A stretch of 64,000 nucleotides of DNA from a virus (taxonomy: Duplodnaviria; Caudoviricetes): positions 1,891-65,890 of the IMG/VR virus record IMGVR_UViG_3300025939_000001; one strand, written 5' to 3'. Under the pieces are notes generated by a model that saw nothing but the letters and a program-made list of their open reading frames with translations, did not search any database and was not told where the DNA came from. Of the stretch, positions 11,701 to 20,346 are shown piece by piece. Position numbers and translations under genes: made by a program. Within the stretch, counting starts at the first letter, position 1; every line of letters starts with the position of its first letter.

Positions 11701-11906
11701 AGGGCGACCCAACGCTGGAATTTGGTGACCTTGTGACGATCGTTGACTCGTTTGGTCTCGGCGTCAACGGTCTCTATCGCATCACAGGCAAAGATCCATC
11801 TCATACTGTGAGTGATGGCTTTTCGCAAAATCTCGTCGTTCGTCAGGCAGCGACGGTTGCATATTGGGACACCAACAGCTGGGATGATGGGACGGTGTGG
11901 GGCTGA
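8796..11906 (+). CDS. Large minor tail / baseplate hub protein
   Basis: 1036 aa. C-terminal hub-like segment (SIRKYGEQ...KGDPTLEFGDLVTIVD...YRITG) and a LamG-like WHFIGVHF region. Confidence 0.7.
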   Translation: MRQVSAALRAAIDAGERVVRSVFTVDWDNDGVQDLDDLTHQIGRVSATQSLESSLPAQVQVVPGVAVAELTASVERGNRFRYDVPVTLRGVTSASSGSGTVTTITVPRPSDAREGDIMLLSVFISGNPVTLGIGGQFAYYDITRGTNVPWVVMSVRGDGVSFSDTAYARVEGVLLARRVTSTEPSIYTISVPPDGVAVFVGSAVNIGDQNIIGITDFDTKGEDGVDNPTSVVMPPVTVDLPGSMIVSFYAASSYLVSGSSFSPSTTDDVEQVELATTYPPVSGAANVRMAVMTTANPARGRQQKSAIYTSSGSLTSTVGFVVVLGPKLAGDESQHAAWMMSELNPDSPYAGKMRIRRPVRWDLYFVTESGFERVPLFTGFTTTTSGTSRNRSAEIRALDNRENLRGTRQGMDVVAESPVARDEFLGLPFMPGLESTWVVSKLLFYAFYRSTTNGVFSFENQSPLRNGLGYFASPLANKFSFLWVPFHGSAHPLVGDVYNAYVESPTLVRSRFEFDPGPFVSATRALPSGTSLNATWIGFAEGYSSQTWHPTTGQLAGRIQHWLKRGTRAGYCFITITDTVPGNSPTYTCISRIAPDGSWSFRVTQPGGVSRIVVGPSVPEDDNWHFIGVHFNSITGSVTFRIDSTNTVVAMATWVNTTPSVGFENVVTMYVGDGASIAELQVAGSFDQTSGLQVGISLTDAWANDNFVPTAFIDKSDNVLDCVPVIDSAIDAFNVIAAISDAEFSAFFFDADGYPHYRNTRSNVTTTGQTVQKQITARRSLEDLRYESGVQQIANIISVSWTEFLPVVNGEAYRANGVITIPAGTGLSFTVMLPGPVFDNQGVTFSANSAIDGTGTDLSSYISTSITSTEPYSVTFTVNNDGPITAFLVDGSGQPDLVVIASWMAPQTNTSMPATYTDATSIRKYGEQALPTIGANEWMQRYDSAASLALTLLSDLADAKPVLTSVPIKGDPTLEFGDLVTIVDSFGLGVNGLYRITGKDPSHTVSDGFSQNLVVRQAATVAYWDTNSWDDGTVWG

Positions 11907-12412
11907 TGGTCAATCGAGTCAACATTGGCGCCAAGGGCACCAAGCTTGATTACGATAACTGGGGCGTGCCGATCACCAATGCGGTGAACGATCACGACAA
12001 CCAGCTACTCCAGATCAACGGCCCATGGTCAGTCGCGACGAACATCCAATGGACGTCATCCGGTACCCAGCCTTCACTGGGCAATGGAACATTGACGGGT
12101 CACTATAACCGGTTCGGTACGAACCGTGTGATCTTCACGTTTCAGCTGACGATCGGTAGCACCACGACGTTTGGCACAGGTACGTGGTTCATCAAGGTGC
12201 CAATTCCACCTACCGCAGATGCCATCGCTGAAACCGTTGGTGCAACGTGGATGCTTGATTTTGGTGTACTTGATAAGGTTGGCGTCATCAAGTTTGAAAA
12301 CGCGACAGACATCACCCTTGTTGCATCGAGTGGTGGTGTCGTCACGCCGACGAATCCACAGACATGGGCAGTCAACGATAAGATTCGAGGAGAGATCATC
12401 TATGCCATCTGA
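11906..12412 (+). CDS. Minor tail / fibre tip protein
   Basis: TGATG overlap with the previous gene. SLGNGTLTGHY...FGTGTWF..P motif, common in tail fibre C-termini. Confidence 0.6.
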   Translation: MVNRVNIGAKGTKLDYDNWGVPITNAVNDHDNQLLQINGPWSVATNIQWTSSGTQPSLGNGTLTGHYNRFGTNRVIFTFQLTIGSTTTFGTGTWFIKVPIPPTADAIAETVGATWMLDFGVLDKVGVIKFENATDITLVASSGGVVTPTNPQTWAVNDKIRGEIIYAI

Positions 12413-12647
12413 GTGGAGTATCGCGCGACAGGGCTACGTCATGCGTGGACACGTCGAATCCTTGCGTGAAGCTCGTGACGCAGCCGCCCAGTGGATGCGT
12501 GAGAATGGCTTCACACGCTTCGAGGCAGAGAAGGAAAGCGAGACTGCGAACGTCCAGCTTGCCTGGTGGGATGAGGCAAATGAGATGTTTACCCAAGCTG
12601 ATCATGAAGGCGCTGAACCGGTAACCGTCGTCAACATTCCAGTGTAG
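12402..12647 (+). CDS. Hypothetical protein (possible tail fibre-associated)
   Basis: ATG at 12402 within ORF 12171..12647. Overlaps the previous stop. Confidence 0.55.
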   Translation: MPSEWSIARQGYVMRGHVESLREARDAAAQWMRENGFTRFEAEKESETANVQLAWWDEANEMFTQADHEGAEPVTVVNIPV

Positions 12648-12657
12648 AATCGGTTCT

Positions 12658-13359
12658 ATGCTGGTTATTGTGCCGTCTCGTGGGCGGCCTCAGAACATCA
12701 GACGTCTCATCGATGGCTGGGTCGAGACGGACGCACAGGCCACGCTACTCGTCGCTGTTGATGACGATGACGCGCAGCTCGACAACTACAAAGACGCCAT
12801 GAAGCATGCGCCGAACGACGAGCAGTTCCAGCTGCACGTTGGTCGGCGCCTTCGTCTGGCAGGCACGCTCAACGAACTTGCAACGAATCGCGTGAATCGT
12901 GAAGGTGCAGTTGATAGTGACATCGTCGGCTTCATGGGTGACGATCATCTGCCTCGTACGTTCAAGTGGGACCTGAACATCGAAGACATCTTTGCCACGC
13001 GTGGTCTTGGCGTCGTCTATGGTAACGACCTCATTCAGGGTCCGAACCTCCCAACGGCGGTCTTCATGTCTGCTGCCATCATCAAGACGTTGGGGTACAT
13101 GGTCCCAATGGGGCTCACACACATGTACTTGGACAACACGTGGAAGGTCTGGGGCGAGGGTATGGGCCGCCTCACGTACCTTCCGAGCGTCATCATCGAA
13201 CACCTGCATCCGATCGCTGGCAAGGCAGAGTGGGACGAGCGCTACGTCGAGGTCAACGCCGGTCATCAGTACGCAAGCGACGAAGCAGCATACAAGAACT
13301 ATCTCGCATCACGGGTCAACTATGATCTCGATAAGTTGAAGGAGCTCGTCAATGGCTGA
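12658..13359 (+). CDS. Glycosyltransferase, GT-A fold (GT2-like)
   Basis: IVPSRGRP, VDDDD, GFMGDDH (DxD), HMYLDN and IEHLHP motifs. Confidence 0.85.
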   Translation: MLVIVPSRGRPQNIRRLIDGWVETDAQATLLVAVDDDDAQLDNYKDAMKHAPNDEQFQLHVGRRLRLAGTLNELATNRVNREGAVDSDIVGFMGDDHLPRTFKWDLNIEDIFATRGLGVVYGNDLIQGPNLPTAVFMSAAIIKTLGYMVPMGLTHMYLDNTWKVWGEGMGRLTYLPSVIIEHLHPIAGKAEWDERYVEVNAGHQYASDEAAYKNYLASRVNYDLDKLKELVNG

Positions 13360-13960
13360 ATGGAAGCTTTTCACGGATGACGTCGCTGGTGTCTCCACCT
13401 TCGAGTTTCACGAGCATCGTGAACGTGCTCCGCACCTTGAGCAGGGTGCGCATCAGGGTCGGCTTTATAAGGCGTATGACTTCGTCCGTGAGGCGGTGGA
13501 TCGTGTCGAGACACGGATGGAGAATCCTGCGGTCGTTGTTGATCTGGGGTGCGGCGACGGTGGACTTCTGTCACTCGTCTCTCGACTTCCGTTCATCGAG
13601 GCGAGCGGCTATGACTTCCAGCCAAGCAACTCGCAGGGATGGCGTGAACGAAACGTCAAGGGCACCCCACTGAACTTTGTCGATGAATTCGACAAGGTGT
13701 GGAACGCCGACGTCTACGTGATGACGGAGGTTCTCGAGCATCTCACAGATCCGCATGGCTTCGTGAAGAAGATCGCAGAACGGAAGTCGCAGCTCGTCGC
13801 GTCCTCGCCGTTCACCGAGCACAGTGGATCACATGACGAATGCCACGCGTGGGCATGGGATGAGGAAGGCTACAAGCAGCTCATGTGGCAGGCAGGTTTC
13901 AAGGTCGTTCGTCATGAGACGACTGGCATGTTCCAAGTGATTCACGCGGTACTCGCATGA
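13352..13960 (+). CDS. SAM-dependent methyltransferase
   Basis: VVDLGCGDGG motif I and TEVLEHL. Confidence 0.85.
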   Translation: MAEWKLFTDDVAGVSTFEFHEHRERAPHLEQGAHQGRLYKAYDFVREAVDRVETRMENPAVVVDLGCGDGGLLSLVSRLPFIEASGYDFQPSNSQGWRERNVKGTPLNFVDEFDKVWNADVYVMTEVLEHLTDPHGFVKKIAERKSQLVASSPFTEHSGSHDECHAWAWDEEGYKQLMWQAGFKVVRHETTGMFQVIHAVLA

Positions 13961-14517
13961 GAATTCGACTACGTGAGAAGCATACGCCTGAGATGCTCGC
14001 TGAGCTCTATGATGGTGTGTACGATCACAGGAAGTGGGCTGAACACGTCGCGCGTGTGGACTGGACGATTCGTCGTCTGCAGCACTTCATCGATCTGCGA
14101 CCGGAGATCACGCGTGTGGTCGATCTGTCGTGTGGTGATGGTGCGATCCTCAACGGGCTCAACGTGCCCAACAAGGTGTTTGGCGATATCGTCCCCGCGG
14201 ATCATCTGACAATCGCGCCCATTGCAGCTGAGATCGCTGTGCGGTACATGACCGGAGACCTGCTGATCTGCTCTGAGACGCTCGAGCATCTCGATGACCC
14301 AGACCAGTTTCTTCGTGATGCACAGGAGAACTTCAAGTTCATTGCCATCACCACCCCACTGGGTGAGTCAGATCCCGAAAAGAACTACGAGCACTACTGG
14401 GGTTGGGATCTCATCGGCGTGAACAAGATGCTTCGAATCACCCAGTGGTATCCTCTTGTTGAGGAGACTCTTCCACTCGACTATTACACGTATCAGTTCT
14501 GGATCGCGAGGTCGTAG
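13957..14517 (+). CDS. SAM-dependent methyltransferase
   Basis: VVDLSCGDG, SETLEHLDDP and EHYWGW motifs. Confidence 0.8.
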   Translation: MRIRLREKHTPEMLAELYDGVYDHRKWAEHVARVDWTIRRLQHFIDLRPEITRVVDLSCGDGAILNGLNVPNKVFGDIVPADHLTIAPIAAEIAVRYMTGDLLICSETLEHLDDPDQFLRDAQENFKFIAITTPLGESDPEKNYEHYWGWDLIGVNKMLRITQWYPLVEETLPLDYYTYQFWIARS

Positions 14518-15107
14518 TGCTGAAACCTGGAATCACAGTCGCGATCGCGACCATCCCTCCGAGAGTGGGGCTACTGCAACGCGCGGTGGCCTCTGTTCTC
14601 TCGCAGACGCACCCTGCAGCAGGTCTGGCAGTTGCCGTTGACTACGCGAAACAGGGTGCTCCAGCGACGAGACAGCGCGCGTTGGACATGGTGGATACTC
14701 AGTGGGTTGCGTTCCTGGATGATGATGATGAATTCATGCCGCAGCATCTTGCCACTCTTTGGGATGCAGCTCACGCTTACCAAGCGGACTACGTGTATTC
14801 GTGGTTTGAGACGATCCCATATGGCAGTGACCCTTTTCCCATCGGACATTACGTGCAACCCTGGTCCAACGCGGAGCCTCGCCAGACGACAATTACAACG
14901 CTGGTTCGGACTCAGCTCGCTCGTCAAGTTGGATTCGCACGCTTTGAGGAGACGGGCGAACTCGTTGATGGGCAGAGGTTCGGTGAGGATTGGGCATTCA
15001 CACTCGGATGTATGGACGCCGGTGCGAAGATTCACCACGTGGTCGCCAAGACGTGGTACTGGCATCACGACAGCGGGAACACGAGTGGAAGGCCTGATCG
15101 CTGGTGA
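14517..15107 (+). CDS. Glycosyltransferase, GT2 family
   Basis: VAIATIPPR, VAFLDDDD and GEDW motifs. Confidence 0.85.
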   Translation: MLKPGITVAIATIPPRVGLLQRAVASVLSQTHPAAGLAVAVDYAKQGAPATRQRALDMVDTQWVAFLDDDDEFMPQHLATLWDAAHAYQADYVYSWFETIPYGSDPFPIGHYVQPWSNAEPRQTTITTLVRTQLARQVGFARFEETGELVDGQRFGEDWAFTLGCMDAGAKIHHVVAKTWYWHHDSGNTSGRPDRW

Positions 15108-16177
15108 AGATCGGAATCTTTCCCGCTGACCTGTATGGCTGTGGATATTACAGGCTCATCTGGCCCGCGATGGTACTTCAACAGCAGGGCTATGACATTG
15201 ACATCATCAGTCCTGCGGATCGCACAGCTGCGTTTGCTGCCGAGGTAGGTGATGATGGTAACATCACTGGTAAGCACATCCGCTTCCCACGCCAGTACGA
15301 CATCATCATCATGCAGCGCATCACGCACAAATACCTTGCGCAGGCTGTGCCGTACATCCGAGCTGAAGGTCATGCTGTGATCATCGATGTTGACGATGAT
15401 CTCGAAAGCATCTCGCCAACGAACCCGATGTACGCCGCACTGCATCCGAAGAAGCGAGCAAACGCAACGTCGCAGGATCACTCATGGGAGTGGGCTCGCT
15501 ACGCATGCGAGAACGCGACGATGGTACAGACGACGACGCAGGCGCTTGTGGATCGATATGCCAGGCGCACCACTGGGCGAGTCATCCCGAACTACGTGCC
15601 GGAAAACGCTCTCGAGGTGGACCATGAAGACTCCCCTATCTTTGGTTGGGGCGGAGGTATCCACTCGCACGGCGAGGATGTCCCAGTCGTCGGCAACGCA
15701 GTACATCGCCTCGTTCAGGAGGGGCATCGGTTCCGAATCATCGGTCCTGACATCGGTATACGTCAGGCGTTCCGTCTTCCGTCACGGGAGAGCTTTGAGG
15801 CAACTGGTCCGATTGAACTTCCGTACTGGATCGCAGCTCTCGCGCTCTTGGGTGTCGGCATCGCGCCGCTTGCAGCCTCGACGTTCAACCGCAGCAAGTC
15901 GTGGCTCAAACCGATGGAGTACGCTGCCGCCGGGGTACCAAGTGTGGTTTCCCCATCACCTGCGTATCGAGAGCTCAATCGCCTTTATGGCATTGGTGAC
16001 ATCGCTGAGAAGCCCAAGGACTGGTACAGACTCCTCCGTAGACTCATCACTGATGATGCCTACCGTATCGACCGCGGCGAGCAATCTCGAGCGGCAGCGA
16101 GAGAACTGACGATTGAAAAACACGCATGGCGCTGGATGGAGGCCTGGGAGGAGGCCTTGCGCATCCAGCGCCAGTAA
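15104..16177 (+). CDS. Glycosyltransferase, GT-B fold (GT4-like)
   Basis: GCGYYRL, IIDVDDDL, GIAPL...FNRSKSWLKPMEYAAAGVPSVVS motifs. Confidence 0.85.
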   Translation: MKIGIFPADLYGCGYYRLIWPAMVLQQQGYDIDIISPADRTAAFAAEVGDDGNITGKHIRFPRQYDIIIMQRITHKYLAQAVPYIRAEGHAVIIDVDDDLESISPTNPMYAALHPKKRANATSQDHSWEWARYACENATMVQTTTQALVDRYARRTTGRVIPNYVPENALEVDHEDSPIFGWGGGIHSHGEDVPVVGNAVHRLVQEGHRFRIIGPDIGIRQAFRLPSRESFEATGPIELPYWIAALALLGVGIAPLAASTFNRSKSWLKPMEYAAAGVPSVVSPSPAYRELNRLYGIGDIAEKPKDWYRLLRRLITDDAYRIDRGEQSRAAARELTIEKHAWRWMEAWEEALRIQRQ

Positions 16178-16181
16178 GCGC

Positions 16182-16517
16182 TTAGATCTTCCAGGACAGC
16201 CCGCAGCTGAGACACGTCTCAGAGGCGGGCTCATCCATGATTGCCTCACTTCGACAACCGGGACATCGAAGGCGTACCGCAGGACGCTTAAGTGCTCGTC
16301 GCTGTTTAGGCGTCATTCCGCCCCAGACGCCATACTCTTCATTGATTTTCATCGCCCAGTCGAGGCAGTCGATCGCAATGGGACAGCGATGACAGATGGC
16401 GAGAACTGCTGGATCAGCGTGGGTTGCACGATCATTTTCAAAGAACTGCTCTGTGTCTGTGCCGATGCATTCGGCAAACTCCCAGTTTGGGAGCTGGTCA
16501 CTTCGTTTCTTTGTCAT
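16182..16517 (-). CDS. whiB: WhiB family transcription factor with a C-terminal Zn ribbon
   Basis: C-x..-C-x2-C-x5-C spacing, GVWGG turn and C-terminal CPGC...CLSC. Confidence 0.92.
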   Translation of the reverse strand: MTKKRSDQLPNWEFAECIGTDTEQFFENDRATHADPAVLAICHRCPIAIDCLDWAMKINEEYGVWGGMTPKQRRALKRPAVRLRCPGCRSEAIMDEPASETCLSCGLSWKI

Positions 16518-16884
16518 TGGTCTGCTTTAGTTGCGGGAATGAATGCAACGTGATCATGTACCGAAGCAGATCGTTGTTCGCGGCGGTACCATACATCGTC
16601 GCCTGCTGGATGTACCACTGATTCAGTGCGACCTGTGTCTTCCAGCCGGGATCAGCGCTTGCGGCCTTGCTCGTCAGGAAGTCAATCTCGCCGCTGATGT
16701 CACGGCCCTTCCAAAACGCACGCTGCGCGGCAACCTTGATGAAGATGTCTCGTCGCACGCGATCCTTAATGGCACGCTTGATGCGATCTGCGTTTTGCTC
16801 AGCTTCCTTCGCGAGACGAAGAAACTTCTCCATCTCCTGCTGGTTTGTCAATCCAGTCGGACGGGCTGTCGGTTCCGTTGTCAT
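16498..16884 (-). CDS. Hypothetical protein
   Basis: ORF 16498..16938 with a probable start at ATG 16884 (MTTEPTARP). Confidence 0.55.
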   Translation of the reverse strand: MTTEPTARPTGLTNQQEMEKFLRLAKEAEQNADRIKRAIKDRVRRDIFIKVAAQRAFWKGRDISGEIDFLTSKAASADPGWKTQVALNQWYIQQATMYGTAANNDLLRYMITLHSFPQLKQTNDKETK

Positions 16885-17071
16885 TGAAGTTCTTCTCCTT
16901 TTTATATTTCTCTGCCTCCTGTGAGAAGGCGTCTGCAATCACCACAGCGATGGTGCGGCCGGTTACTGAGTCGGCCTTGTCTGCCTCGGTGAGCCACTCG
17001 GACTGCGCGTCCAACAGCGCAGTTCGGATGATGCGCTTTTCGTACTCGTCCATCGTGTCGATTTGACTCAT
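16799..17071 (-). CDS. Hypothetical protein
   Basis: TAATG coupling with the upstream gene and a GGAGG RBS. Confidence 0.5.
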   Translation of the reverse strand: MSQIDTMDEYEKRIIRTALLDAQSEWLTEADKADSVTGRTIAVVIADAFSQEAEKYKKEKNFNDNGTDSPSDWIDKPAGDGEVSSSREGS

Positions 17072-17256
17072 TAGTCCTCCAAGTTCATGAGCAGGTTGAG
17101 CAGCTCGTGCTGACCGAGGATACCGTGTGCGCCACAGGCCATGCATTCGATCTCGCCACTGAGGGTGTTGACCTCAACCTCGGCAACAGCGCCACATTCA
17201 GCGCAAGGCTCGATGACCACGATTGCGTTTGCGAACTGCATCTTGTCCTCCATCAA
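17071..17256 (-). CDS. Small Zn-ribbon protein
   Basis: CAECG...CMACG. GGAGG RBS with a promoter just upstream. Confidence 0.7.
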   Translation of the reverse strand: MMEDKMQFANAIVVIEPCAECGAVAEVEVNTLSGEIECMACGAHGILGQHELLNLLMNLED

Positions 17257-17271
17257 TTCGTCGATAAGACA

Positions 17272-17300
17272 ACTATATCAAGACTTAAGTCATTCGCAAA
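17272..17300 (-). promoter_or_regulatory. SigA/HrdB-type promoter
   Basis: TTTGCG-17 nt-TATAGT on the minus strand. Confidence 0.6.
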
Positions 17301-17335
17301 TAGCAAAGTGGGAGGATCCCGAAGAATCCTCCCAC
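17301..17335 (-). terminator. Intrinsic terminator after DUF932
   Basis: GTGGGAGGAT/ATCCTCCCAC 10-bp stem followed by TTTGCTA on the minus strand. Confidence 0.75.
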
Positions 17336-17345
17336 TGGGTGAGTG

Positions 17346-18356
17346 CTATTTCTCCATACGAAGCAGGTGCACGGCAGCCTTGTTGATCGACTTGTGCGTG
17401 ATGCCCTGCATCGCGTTCAGGAACTTCGACTCCGACGTGCCGGCGGGACGCCAGTCGAGCCACTCGCTGATCGCGTTGACGAGTCCCCAGCCGGTGCCGT
17501 GCCACCCGACGTATGGCGAGGAGTGCATCTTGTCGAGGATGAGGTTCGTGACCTCGTCCTTCTTCTTGGTGTGGTTCGGGATGACGTACCCGAGGACAAG
17601 CTTTGCCTTCTCGTCGTTGATTTTGATCGCAGCGAGCCGAGTGGCGAGCTCGTTGTATCGCTTCGTGTAGGCTTCTGCCTTGCCCAGTGAGGACTTCATG
17701 TCACCGAGCTTCGCGGTCATCGTCGACGTGTGCCGCACCGACCACTTGTGCGGGACGTTTGCGGAGAACGAGGCGAGCGTCAGCTGGTTCATACAGAGTC
17801 CGCGAAGCGGCATCATCATGACCTCGACGGCCTTCGTGAGGTCCATACTCGTCCGCAGAACGGCGAACATCTCGTGCGGGTCGCCGCCATCGAGCACGTT
17901 GACCTGCATGTGCTGCGGAAGACGCATGACCATGAAGCCCTGTTTGCCACCCTTAAGTGCACCAGCGGCGACGTAACGTGCACCTTCGCCCTTCACAGCC
18001 TCGTCCATGAAGTCGAATGCCTCCGGGTACTGGAGGATCGGATAGTCTGACGAGACGATACTGAGCGGCTCCAGCGTGTCGTCACGAACGATGATCTTGC
18101 GGTTCGTCATCTTGCGAAGGCACTCAGGAGACGTGTTATCTTCTACCGTCTCCGTATCACCCTCTTTGAAGAACGTCTCGTCGCAAGTGAAGTACACGTT
18201 TCGAGCCGAGACCGTGAAGTCCAGGCCGCCCTGCTTCGCCGCTTCCGCCGCCGTGAGCGGATTGTCGACGACCTTGCCGAGCTTCATCCACGGGACCATA
18301 CGATCCGTGAATTGGACGTTCTCCCCGCCCTCAGCGAGCGTAACGCTCTGCGTCAT
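17346..18356 (-). CDS. DUF932 family phage/plasmid protein
   Basis: VPWMKLG, IIVRDDTLEPLSIVSSDY..LQ..EAFDF, AGAL.GG, P.R..C.NQL, HT and GT.WGLVNA.EW.DW motifs. Confidence 0.85.
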   Translation of the reverse strand: MTQSVTLAEGGENVQFTDRMVPWMKLGKVVDNPLTAAEAAKQGGLDFTVSARNVYFTCDETFFKEGDTETVEDNTSPECLRKMTNRKIIVRDDTLEPLSIVSSDYPILQYPEAFDFMDEAVKGEGARYVAAGALKGGKQGFMVMRLPQHMQVNVLDGGDPHEMFAVLRTSMDLTKAVEVMMMPLRGLCMNQLTLASFSANVPHKWSVRHTSTMTAKLGDMKSSLGKAEAYTKRYNELATRLAAIKINDEKAKLVLGYVIPNHTKKKDEVTNLILDKMHSSPYVGWHGTGWGLVNAISEWLDWRPAGTSESKFLNAMQGITHKSINKAAVHLLRMEK

Positions 18357-18389
18357 GGTCTTGTCCTTTCGTCTGGCGCGACTTGCGCG

Positions 18390-18482
18390 TGGACCGGGCA
18401 GGATTCGAACCTGCATGCATCTTCCCCACTAAGGGTGCTCCTCCTGCCAGTGGCAGGCGCTCTACCAATGAGCTACCGATCT
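18390..18482 (-). ncRNA. tRNA-like element with a 5-nt anticodon loop and long variable arm
   Basis: Acceptor AGATCGG/CCGGTCC, D-arm GCTC-ATTGGTA-GAGC, anticodon arm CCTGC-CACTG-GCAGG, T-arm GCAGG-TTCGAAT-CCTGC. Confidence 0.7.
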
Positions 18483-18510
18483 GTGGTGGGATACGCTCCC
18501 ACGGGGCGTG

Positions 18511-18792
18511 TTACCGTTCGGTAATCTCGACGGGGTTCTCATCCACCGGCTCGAAGTCACCGAGATCTAGGCTGTAGTTGTCGCCGTAGCCCATGCCGCA
18601 GCATGAAGCACAGAGACTCGGCATGCCCTGCTCGCTGAATGCCTTGTCTTCAGCAACCTCAACGATGTCGTCCACCGTGAGTTCACTGACGGGCTTCTCG
18701 AGGTCCTTCGCGATGCGATCGAGCGTTTCGTCGTCGAGCTCGACGTAAACCGTCGCACTCGCCCAGGCTTGCGCGTGAACCACAACCTTCAT
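18511..18792 (-). CDS. Hypothetical acidic protein (C-x2-CC motif)
   Basis: GGAGG RBS with its own promoter upstream. Confidence 0.7.
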   Translation of the reverse strand: MKVVVHAQAWASATVYVELDDETLDRIAKDLEKPVSELTVDDIVEVAEDKAFSEQGMPSLCASCCGMGYGDNYSLDLGDFEPVDENPVEITER

Positions 18793-18830
18793 TGTATCCT
18801 CCATCTTGCCGTTGTTCCGGCGTTGAGATA

Positions 18831-18860
18831 ACTATAACAGGACCCGTGGCCCAGTGTAAA
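18831..18860 (-). promoter_or_regulatory. SigA/HrdB-type early promoter
   Basis: TTTACA-18 nt-TATAGT followed by the leader TATCTCAACGCCGGAACAAC. Confidence 0.7.
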
Positions 18861-18868
18861 TAGGAATC

Positions 18869-19450
18869 TTACGCCGGCACAGCGATGCAGTGAACCACAC
18901 CCGTTCCGATGGTGAGCAGCGCGCTGTTCGTCACGAGAAGGGTGCAGCCTGTTAACGTCTTTGATGCATCGGCTTTGATTGCATACGTGTAGTTGCCGAG
19001 GAGGATGTTGTCTGTGAGAAACTTGACAGCGTAGTTCAGTGTGGGCAGTGTCTCTCCCCACGTAAAAGGAATCTCACGCGTTTGCGGTCCGCCCAGTGTA
19101 AGACCAGCGACCGACACGCTTCGACCAGCGAGGAAGCTATTTAAACCAGCTGGACCGGTGGCGCCTGTCGCTCCCGTTGCACCCTGCGATCCGGTCGCTC
19201 CAGTCGCCCCGGTGGCACCAACAGATCCAGTGGGGCCAGCAATACCCTGCGGACCTTGCGCTCCTGTATCGCCCTTTGGACCTTGTGGTCCAGCTGCTGC
19301 TGGATGCGCTTGCATGTACCCTGACACGGCTCCGGTGACCATCGGCATGCACGTGTCCATCGTCACTTGCGCGGCGTCGGTGTGTTGGCGACGCCACAGT
19401 TCCCAGTCGATGTAGTTGATGGGGGATTCTGGAACGGCGGGATCCGTCAT
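18869..19450 (-). CDS. Collagen-like (Gly-X-Y) repeat protein
   Basis: [52 protein letters not shown] at 19450 lies 6 nt after TATGAT (possibly leaderless). Confidence 0.75.
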   Translation of the reverse strand: MTDPAVPESPINYIDWELWRRQHTDAAQVTMDTCMPMVTGAVSGYMQAHPAAAGPQGPKGDTGAQGPQGIAGPTGSVGATGATGATGSQGATGATGATGPAGLNSFLAGRSVSVAGLTLGGPQTREIPFTWGETLPTLNYAVKFLTDNILLGNYTYAIKADASKTLTGCTLLVTNSALLTIGTGVVHCIAVPA

Positions 19451-19586
19451 AGTGCAATCATACCTGACAGGATCGAAATAGGCAATCTGTCCCCAGCAGT
19501 TACTATTCGGAGATGTAGAAAGTGTCTCTACGGGTGTTCTGGAGATCACTGTTGCAGGAACAAACTGGTACAGATCTGGACACTGA

Positions 19587-19619
19587 AACGCCCAGTGGTG
19601 TTGGCAACCACTGGGCGTT
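19587..19619. terminator. Hairpin/terminator after the lysis genes
   Basis: 12-bp stem AACGCCCAGTGG/CCACTGGGCGTT. Confidence 0.7.
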
Positions 19620-19636
19620 CTTTACGTGCGTCTGTC

Positions 19637-19981
19637 TTACGGAGCTTCCTCCGACGGCACGGATGCGACGACCTGCGGACGATACCACAGTGCTGCAGCC
19701 GTAGCGACGAGCGTCAGCACGAGACCCTGCGTCTCAGGAGTCAGGTGCAGGCCGAACGAGATGGCGACGGCGATGACGGCCTTGATGAGACCAACGATCG
19801 CAGGCACGAGCTTCTCCTTGGCGAGCAGTGCCGCCGTGATGAAGCCGAAGAGTGCGACGACAACTGCGTTGAGCACTCCCTGCTGCTCATCCGTCAGTGG
19901 GAAGATGAGCGCGCTGATGACCGCGATCATCGAGGAGATGAAAGCGAGTACAAGCGCTGGCTCGCGTCCAAAGATCTTCAT
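19637..19981 (-). CDS. Holin
   Basis: 114 aa with about 4 hydrophobic segments. Begins KIFGREPAL, an actinophage holin pattern. Confidence 0.75.
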   Translation of the reverse strand: MKIFGREPALVLAFISSMIAVISALIFPLTDEQQGVLNAVVVALFGFITAALLAKEKLVPAIVGLIKAVIAVAISFGLHLTPETQGLVLTLVATAAALWYRPQVVASVPSEEAP

Positions 19982-20346
19982 GATTCACTCCTTACAGGAG
20001 GTGGTGCCTCAGGTGCGTCCCACACTGGGTGACGTTTGCGACGTACGTCACGCTGCGCTCGAAGGAGAATGACCAGCCAGCGAAGCATGACAGTGCCAAC
20101 GATCGTACAGATGATCGTACGTGCGGGCATCGTTGACGCGTATTCTGTCGGTGGACGGATGAAGAAAACCGTCACCGCCCAGTAGTCCAGGATCAGCGCA
20201 AGTGACATCTTCGTCAGCATGAACTGACGCCCGACCTGTGACTGCTCGAATCTGGTGAAGAATGCATACACCAAGACAAGCCCGGTGGTCACTACGGCTG
20301 CGTACCCGAGTGTCACCGTGCTTATGATGATCCAAGTTCGTTCCAC
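19978..20346 (-). CDS. Membrane protein (lysis cassette)
   Basis: Three predicted TM segments. Coupled to its neighbours. Confidence 0.7.
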   Translation of the reverse strand: MERTWIIISTVTLGYAAVVTTGLVLVYAFFTRFEQSQVGRQFMLTKMSLALILDYWAVTVFFIRPPTEYASTMPARTIICTIVGTVMLRWLVILLRAQRDVRRKRHPVWDAPEAPPPVRSES

